51,720 nt of DNA from Hydrurus foetidus (lineage: Eukaryota), in the NCBI GenBank assembly GCA_900617105.1, contig UYFQ01000388.1, forward strand, positions 1-51,720. Reading direction: 5' to 3'. Within the stretch, counting starts at the first letter, position 1, and the number at the start of each line of letters is the position of its first letter. Of the stretch, positions 42,812 through 51,720 are shown one piece after another. The notes beneath the pieces are model-generated. The model did no database searches. It was not told the DNA's origin and saw only the letters and a list, made by a program, of their open reading frames with translations. Position numbers and translations under genes: made by a program.

Positions 42812-45800
42812 AGACTTCATTCTTTATTTGTTCCTTTCATGTCCATTATCTCAATAGCTGAGATAGGATGGGAAGTGTAACGAAGATACTGTACCGTACT
42901 GTACATGACATATTATGTGTACGTTCAAGAGAAGAACGTCACACCACGTTGTATCATAATCCAAATGCATTTATTTCTCTTTTCTCCTCATCCTCACTCC
43001 CCACTCCTTCACTTTCCTCCATCTTATTTCAATTCATTTATTCTTTCATTCATTCATTCATTTATTTATTCATTCATTTATTCCTTCTTATTAAGACGCC
43101 AGCACACACAGTGCTGGTAACTGCCATGCATGTGGTTACAATTCAATCCAATTTAATTCCAAATTAAAGCTCAAGTTCCCAGCGTTAATTGCTTGCGCCA
43201 TAATTACTTCCGAGTCATTTTATATTCTAATCCAGTCCATTTTTCTCTGCTACGCTCTACTCCACTCTATTTTTCATGCAAATTAATCTGTTTTTCACAT
43301 ACATCAATTCTGTCCTGCATTGTTACAACACACTACACTAATCGGTTTTACACTAGAGAACGCCCCTTCTTTCTTCTTCCACGGCAACACCAGTTTGCAC
43401 GAAATCATCACTTGATGATGACACGGCAGAATGAGTGCCTACTGTTGACCAATACATTAAAATGCGCGTGATGCGGAGTAGACGTGTATGCGCACCAGTC
43501 GCATGAAATTATTTACAGCTGAAAGATATCAGACAAATGTCACTTCGATGCAAATCGAATTTCAGTGATTATGACTCAAACGGAGTGACGAATCTTCGTA
43601 CTGCATTGCGAATTGAATTATCCAGATATTGCGTGGTGAAATTCCGACAGTACGGTATGATGAAATTGAAAAGTTAACAGTCAATCATCTGTTGCGTAAC
43701 AACTTTTTAATCCGCTGTTGTTGCCGACTTTAAATCGGGCGGTACCTCGAGGTATTTGGACTCCAAAAGGTTGAATTAGTAGAATCTTTCTCTCTGTGAT
43801 GAACCGAACCGTATGAAATCGAAATGCCTTTTAAAATTGTTTTGAATAATAGGCGAACAATCTGAAAATCTGTCATTCTCTCCCAGTAACTAAACGCTGG
43901 CAAAGTTTGCCAAATTTCTGTTCTTAGGAGAATCTGATATCTCGCATTCGTTTTTTATCTGGTGTCGCTTCATGTTTAAAAAGCGACTCTTTGTCTTTTA
44001 TTGGTAGCCAACGTCCATGAAATTGAGTTCAATTGCGCCTTATCCTTGGGACCCGGCGCATCATTGATGGTGAAATCAACGATCCTAATTTCCAGCATCT
44101 TCTTCGACGTTTCGGTTTTACTTTTCGAAGTAGCCGTGATGCAAACGATGATTTTCCACCATTTCCGACAACTGTCGAAACGTTCATATTCAATTCAAAA
44201 AGACTTCTTGGACTCAAACAGATTAAGTTTATGACGAACCTATAGCTTCTACTAACGGTGTCGCATCTGACGTAGCTTTCGCTCGGCTAAGCTGAGAAAT
44301 TCGGTCTTTCGATTCAGGAGCGGCATCATCAACATCCGTCTCCGATAAATATTGATATACTTGACCCACCACCTTTACAGCGATTTGAATGTGCTGACCT
44401 TCTCTATTACTACAGTTAGCACAACCAATAGGACCCAATTCTAAGATGAAATGTTGATAATTTGCCTTGCAATCACCGTGGAGAGAGTAATCATTCATAG
44501 TCTGATACCTTTCAAAGAAGTTGTTATTTGAGCTGTACCAAACGGTGCAGTACTCTGAATGACCGAATCTTCAATGGGATGAATACTTTGACAAATCTAT
44601 GAGATCATGAGAGAGAGTCACAGCACAGTGGGACATTCTTCTCGGTAATGCCGTAAGTGTCTACCCCACTTTCATGACATGAATTCATTTTTTTCATTTT
44701 AAATCTTTTTCATGGAAATATTTCTGGTAGAAAATTCAGGTGAGAATATTTCTGAACAGTTTGGCATTGCCATAGGTACATGGGACCTCTCCTTTTTGAT
44801 ATCGTTCTACATGAAATCGAATTAGAAAGAGACGTGAATTCTGAATTTCTAATAATCCAGTTTCAGCGGATTTCAGTGAAATAAAATATCCAGCGTATGA
44901 AATGATAGCACCCTCCATCCTGGTTCCAAAATGAAACGTGATAAATGCAGCATTTTATACTTAGAATATTTCCCAACACCCTCTTTTTTCTTGTCCAGTG
45001 ATGAGCGAAAATGTACAGAACACAATTTTCAATGTTAATTAGCAGTAGCTATTTGTTCCTCTCTAAAAAAGCTACACAGCGACGAAATAAGAACTCTTAC
45101 AGCAGATAACGTCATTTGTTGTTTTATGACCAGATAAATTTCAGTATTTGAGAATAGAATCAACTCTTGTAAATGTACTGCATTTCTCGTCATGTATGTG
45201 TAAAGCTATCTATCTAGAGTTGACAGTTCACCTGTCCAATAAAATACATATTGTAACATTAACAAAACAGGAGGTAGTAGGCCAGCAGGTAGCCGAGGTG
45301 TGCTATACTGACCACCATCCCCTCACTATCGCATCGTATTCTATTTTATCACGTAACTTAACACAACACCACAACTCATAAATGAGAAACACGAAATGAA
45401 CTCCACATGTGCAATTGGTGTTTACAGTGCGTACGCATACGCGTGATCGTTCGCCCCCATCCACTGAACTGTACTGCTCAGTGAGGTGAGGAGAGGGACG
45501 ACTTTGAGAGGAGTAAAAATATTCTCAAGTTGAAGTTTGAAGTGGAGTTGCGAAGTGAAGCACAGCTTGCTTGTCATGCAGCAGAGTGCTGTAGCGTAAC
45601 AAGCGACCGTGACAACAAGCAACTCGACACGTAGATGAGCTGCAGTGCAATGCAATCAAGTACAGTGCATTGCATTGAATATCGTGGAAGAAGTTGTCGT
45701 GTTGTGTGCGTGGGGCAACTGACAGGGTCCCTCCATTCTCCTCTCCTTACTACTCCTTTCCTCTACTCCCTCCCTCCCTTATTCTCTTTTGCAATGTCAC

Positions 45801-46307
45801 ATCAGACAAATGCATTTAAATATAGAGGCCCTCTCTCCTCCTCACCTCTCTTCAAGATTCAATTTCAGAGTAAGCCAACGAGCAATGCGCTTTTTTCTGT
45901 ACATTTCCCAGCTCCTTGTCAAGTAAATTCAATTCACTGTACTTTATGTGGCATGCATATTTAATTTGAAATTCGACTTTACGCTATTTTATTTATTCGT
46001 TTCTTTATTTAACGAATTTCGAGCCAGCCGTATCGTATCGTATCACCTCCGCTGAGAACAATTACCTCAAAGTTTTTATTACCCCTTCCTTTCCCTTCCT
46101 TCCTCTTCCCTTTCCTTTCCTTCCCTACATTACTATATATTCTTACTTATCCATTCCTTCCTATTCCTTTATGATTCGGCCTATTCCGGTTATTCTGAAT
46201 GTCTGTTCAATCGGTGTATCAGTGCAGTACGGGATCGTGACATAGACTGCCTCATCGATGCTTCTCTTCTTATTCTTCTCTTTTTTATTTTATCAAGTAT
46301 GCACCCA

Positions 46308-49300
46308 CTACGTTGCTTGTTCTTCTCCCTCTCCCTCCCCCTCTCCCTCCCCATCCTCCTCTTCCGGGCAGTTCATCAAGTTGAAGTGGAAGTTGCGGTG
46401 CAGCAGAGCGCCTTCAGCTGCTGCTGCTGCTTTGTTGAACCTACTGCTCGGTATGCTGAAACGCTTGCTTGCCTTTCCCTTCACTCTTCTCTTGTTGTTG
46501 TTGTTTTCGTTGTCTTCGTCATCATTGTTATTATTGTTGCTCCTTGGGTTAGAGCATCTACGGGTAGCAGAAGCAGATCCACTGTCTCTATCTTTGTCCC
46601 TCCCACCCCTATTTTTTCCATCCTCCTCATCCTCCTCTCCCTCTCCTCCCCTTTTCGCTGCCGTATATGCATGTCTGGCTCGCATTGATCCCGAACTCTC
46701 TCTCTAGCTGCTGCTTGGTAAAGAGATCTCCAGTGGACTCGAAGAGAGAGGGTGAGAACATAGGGGAGGGGGAGCGAGAGCGAGAATGCGACAGAGAGGG
46801 GGAGAAGGAGCGGGACAGAGAGCCAGAAGAGGGGCGGGATACACTGGAGTCGTTGCAAAGAGGGTTGGGGGCGAAGCAGCGCCAGCCCATTCTCTTGGGC
46901 TGGTCACTCGCCCTCTCCAATCTGTTCGACTGAGCTCCTCTAGCCTGGTTGGCTAATGACAGCGACAAGTGGCATGGAAAGGAAAGGAAGGGAGAGGAAC
47001 AGTTAGATGAGTGAAAGATGGAGGATGCTCATAAAAAGATAAACAAATAGAAGTGAAGTAAAAGTATTTGCCCTCCTCTCACCTTCGCGAAACAAAATGG
47101 TGCCAACATTATGGTCGGGGGAGCATGCATCATTGTTTACTGCGGGGTTTTCTCTTGAAGACCCGGAGGAGGAGGAAGAAGAGGATGGCGAGGAAGTGAG
47201 AGAGGAGTGGGATGAGTCAATGCTCTCTGAAGTGGAGAAGCAGTTGGTCAGAGACGACATGGTGGTGAAATTGTCAAGGGCACTATTTCGCCTCTGCCTC
47301 CTTCTCTCCCTGTTCTCTGCTCTCTCCCTCCCTCCTCTCATCCTCTCTCCTCTCTGCTGCTGACCGCCCTCCTTTTCCCTCTCCCTCTGTTTCCTCATCG
47401 CTTTCTGATATTCTCCTTCATTTTGGTCTTCATTTTGATCTTCATTTTGAACATCGTCATCAGCATTCGCGTGTGCGTCACTCCCTCCTGAACTCACATC
47501 GGAACCGAAACCATGTCTGGAATCATAAACATCGCTGCTCCTGTTGCGATTAGAAGGCAACACGACAAGCCCGGACCTCCCTTTCATACCTCTGTCTCTA
47601 TCCTTCCTCACAATTCGTTGCACCACAGGGCCCACGAAGGGGAGGTCATGGCCAAGACGGCTGTCACGGTGACGGTCACGGTTAGGGTTACGATTGAGGG
47701 TAAGGGCAGCGATGTCGATAGAGACTAGCTCGCCACTCGCCCCTCTGCTGTCCAAGTACTGAGTCTTGTTCACACACCTTCTGCTCTGCCCCTGCCCCTG
47801 TCCTATCGCATCATCTCGATAGTAGCGAGGTCCCTCTACCGCTTGACTGCCTTCTTCATGAACTCCCGATGCAGCACTGTACGGTACCACCTTGCGACCT
47901 TTCTTCTCTTCTCCTTTGTTGCGCCCTATCTCTTTTTCTCTTCGCAGCTGCTTGCTGCGGGGGCGTGTTGCTGGCGGGTTGGAGTCACCTCGAGATCTAG
48001 AAGGAGAAGGAGATTGAGAAGGGGAGCGGCTGCAAGAAAGATCTCTGTGTCCTATGTGAGTCGGTCTGTGATGTCTGCCTGCATCGCTGCCATTGCAGAA
48101 GGCCGACTCAACTGCTATGTGCTTCACCCGTCTTGGGTTCGCAGCACGATCTTCGAGAGAGAAAAGGAGTGACTTGGACGGAACAGCTGCACTAGCGAAT
48201 ATAATCGTTCCTTGATATATCGCCGCGTCAGCCATAGGGATAGACTCTACAGACACCGATGCCCCTCCATCTCCCTCTCCGTCTCCTCTTCTGTCATCTG
48301 CATGAGGATTTTTAAAGACACCTGCACTTGACACAACTCTCCTAACCTCTCCTCCCCCCTTCTTTAATTTCGTACTCCCACTGACTATCTCACCATCAAC
48401 CACATGTCCGCGTGACAGGGCGGACGATCGGTTGCGGCTCCTGCCATCCCCGTTAACGGTAAAGATGTTTATCCCCTCCTCCTCTCCGTGTCCCTTGGCA
48501 CACCCTGCATTTTCTGCACTCAGACACCCGTACCTGTCCGAGAAATACACTTGCAGACCGACAGCCAGCAAGTGCCCGGTGTTGTTCATCATCCACACGG
48601 TGTCTCTGTCTCTCACCCCTACGTGACCCCTCGATGTCTCAGACGACACTAGCTGTTGCTTCTGTTTGTAATGGGTGTCGGAGAGAAACAGAATGTCTTC
48701 GTGTCGAACATTCTCCACAACTGCTTCTCCCGTGTCGCTCAGCACCACTAAGATGTCATAGCTGTGCACACACCCACTGCACTCCCCTTCCCCTTCACCT
48801 CCCTCTCCATACACCCCCTTCATTCTCTTCTTCCACTTCTTGGTGAGTATCCCTGCTACACCAGGAGCAAATCGAAAGAGACCCACTACGAGTATGAGTC
48901 CCAACAGTGTGATAGACTGGGTGGTGCCGAGTGAGGTGGACACGGGAGGGACGGGTCGGGACTCAATGGTCAGGGGGGAAGGGTTCTTGGACCTAGAAGG
49001 TTCCGGAGTGGGTATCACTTTAGGAATGACGGTAGTCTTGGGGTCAAAACAAGCGTTCTGCTGCAGTGTCTGGTTGTAGAGGTAGGACACGTTGAGCGCC
49101 CTCCCTCTTGATTTGAATTGTTGGCAGAGTTCACCGCTGGTCACTGCTTTTTGTAACATCGACGCCACGGTGCTTGTCATATTGGCGATGACGTCAACAC
49201 TGGCATTCACTGTAATGATATATTGTGTTATATTGTGTCATGTTATGTTATGTTATGTTACGTCATATTGCATCATGTTATCTCATGTCATGTTGTGTTA

Positions 49301-51720
49301 TGTGAGTGGTTTGTCAGTACAGTCAGCACATCGGGATAGATCAGAGCAGTCTACGAGCTAGCGCGGCAGAGTTGCGATGTGACTTACAGATGGATAATGG
49401 ATTGGATTGACGCTAGTGAGTCACATTCATCATCGTACTAGACTACATTGGACTAATTTGCAAGTCAGTCAACAAGGCACACGCACAGAAAGCTGGTACA
49501 CAGCACTGACACAGCACAGTACAGTCCTATCTAGTCTGGTGTGGTATACATAACGAAGCATACTGCTGTGTGATGAAGAGGGGTGTTAGAAAGTGAGTCA
49601 GCCAGTGAGTGACTTAGTTACAGTACGTACCCTGTACGGCTGCCGTGAGTGAGAATCCCAATAAGATCGAAGTGGTAACGCGTAATACGGATCTGTCAGA
49701 GAAATATTGATCTCCGGGCCGCCCTACTTCATATTCTCCTCCTCCTCCTCCTCCTCCTTCTCCTTCTCCTTTGCTCCCTGATGATTTCACGTGATAGAAC
49801 TTGGAACTCTCATTATCCCAGTCATGCTCCCATTTCACTCCTACATCTCCTTTCTCCTCCTCGCTTTCATGCAAGCTCAGCGCAGATGAAGATATTTTCT
49901 TTACCTCAAAGGCAGTTGGAGCATCGTTATTGAAGGTTGGAGATGATGTGGGTGATCGACACAGGCTCTCAATATAGCCGTAGGATATGCGGGAGATGTT
50001 GACTCGGAGGATGCTGGCGATGGCAGCCCGCATGGCAAGAGAGGCAGCAGTGCCGTTCCATCGGGACTGGTCGAATGTAGGGGGGAGGAAGAACTTGACG
50101 CACACGAGTTGGACGGGCTGGGAAGGTGCTACGGAGGGTTGAGGGGTCAGCTTGTTCGGCTGTCGTGTTGGGCGGTGCACAGGATCCAGTGTGGGCGTCC
50201 AGATCATTTCCTCTTTGGAGGCGTCAGTTGCCTCGTAAGTAGAATCTGCAGTAGGGAAGAGAGTGAGGGTTGAAGAGGCCTGTATAGTAGGGGTGGGGGT
50301 TGGGATTGGGAGGGATGACGGGGTCAACGTGAGCAGTAGCTTTTTGCTCGGTGCACGAGATGGCGTCATTGTCAGTTTCGCTTTCTCAGAGACGGAAGGT
50401 GCTGCTGTTGGAACCCCAAAGGGGAGAGGAGATCTAGAAGGAGTTAATGACGGGCTACTTGTATCAGGCCTATAAGGTGTTGGTGATGATGATGATGATG
50501 ATGATGTCAGTGATGACGATGGTGCTGCCGTTGTTGATAATGATGTTGGTGATGGTGATGTAGGTGATGATGATGGTGACGATGATGATGGTGATGGTGA
50601 TGTGATGATGATGGTACTGCCGTTGGCGGTGATGATGATGATGATGGTGATGATAAAGGTACTTCCGTTGGTGGTGATGTAGGTGATGATGATGGTGGTG
50701 ACGATGATGATGATGATAAAGGTACTTCCGTTGGTGGTGATGTAGGTGATGATGATGTCAGTGATGACGATGGTGCTGCCGTTGGTGATAATGATGTTGG
50801 TGATGGTGATGTAGGTGATGATGATGGTGACGATGATGATGGCGATGTAGGTGATGATGATGGTACTGCCGTTGGCGGTGATGATGATGATGGTGGTGAT
50901 GATAAAGGTACTTCCGTTGGTGGTGATGTAGGTGATGATGATGTCAGTGATGACGATGGTGCTGCCGTTGGTGATAATGATGTTGGTGATGGTGATGTAG
51001 GTGATGATGATGGTACTGCCGTTGGCGGTGATGATGATGATGGTGGTGATGATAAAGGTACTTCCGTTGGTGGTGATGTAGGTGATGATGATGGTGGTGA
51101 CGATGATGATGATGATAGTACTTCAGTTGGTGGTGATGTAGGTGATGATGATGTCAGTGATGACGATGGTGCTGCCGTTGGTGATAATGATGTTGGTGAT
51201 GGTGATGTAGGTGATGATGATGATGGTGATGATGATGATGCGATGTAGGTGATGATGATGATGATGGTGATGATAAAGGTACTTCCGTTGGTGGTGATGT
51301 AGGTGATGATGATGATGAGGGTGGTGATGACGATGATGATGATAAAGGTACTTCCGTTGGTGGTGATGTAGGTGATGGTGATGATGTCAGTGATGACGAT
51401 GGTGCTGCCGTTGGTGATAATGATGTTGGTGATGGTGATGTAGGTGATGATGATGGTGACGATGATGATGGCGATGTAGGTGATGATGATGGTACTGCCG
51501 TTGGCGGTGATGATGATGATGGTGGTGATGATAAAGGTACTTCCGTTGGTGGTGATGTAGGTGATGATGATGTCAAAGATGACGATGGTGCCGTTGGTGA
51601 TAATGATGTTGGTGATGGTGATGGTGGTGATGATGATGGCGACCGCCGTTGGCGGTGATGATGATGATGGTGGTGATGATAAAGGTACTTCCGTTGGTGG
51701 TGATGTAGGTGATGATGATG
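46308..51720 (-). CDS. 3' part of a mucin-like single-pass membrane protein (Ser/Pro/Thr repeats, small globular region, TM helix, long low-complexity tail); starts beyond the window
   Basis: SPTSPPTEVP repeats; ORFs 49614-50369 and 47003-49210 separated by an intron-like gap; hydrophobic ITLLGLILVVGLFRFAPGVAGIL followed by KKWKKR; terminal pieces 46627-46968 and 46308-46685. Confidence 0.6.
50477..51720 (-). repeat. Coding tandem repeat array (PTSPPTEVPLSS / PTAAPSSSLT / PPTAVPSSS units)
   Basis: Recurrent GATAAAGGTACTTCCGTTGGTGGTGATGTAGGTGAT blocks with variable (GAT)n spacers. Confidence 0.9.

Noticed and set aside
50477..51720. CRISPR-like repeat-spacer array, or a poly-His protein (ORF 51154-51576)
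   Set aside because: Spacers are themselves repeated and low-complexity, the context is eukaryotic, and there are no cas genes. The His run is an off-frame reading of Ser codons.

Overview
Eukaryotic genomic DNA with GT-AG introns and microsatellite-rich introns. A stramenopile or other protist source is inferred from the retroelement and gene types but is not proven. Bases 1-21.9 kb are a nested LTR-retrotransposon cluster. (A) and (B) are two head-to-head, decayed Copia-like elements with the same 14-nt PBS, a CCCH zinc finger in place of the CCHC knuckle, and a shared ~170-aa domain I cannot name. (E) is a chromodomain Gypsy element inserted into the gag of B, with 388-bp LTRs and a GCCT target-site duplication. 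It has lost RT and most of RNase H, has a CCCH gag, and carries an antisense intron-containing accessory gene and a tRNA-like segment. (D) is a Gypsy integrase-chromodomain remnant bracketed by inverted LTR copies. (C) is a 5'-truncated Copia element with an open 1212-aa pol frame. Bases 22-51.7 kb are host sequence: a TA-flanked MITE, a (TAAACGG)n array, a 3-exon ELF1 gene, a SET/MYND-TPR-2OG-Fe(II) oxygenase fusion gene (minus), a multi-exon DYRK1-family kinase (plus), and the 3' part of a Ser/Pro/Thr-repeat single-pass membrane protein gene (minus). All calls are by eye; no database searches were run.
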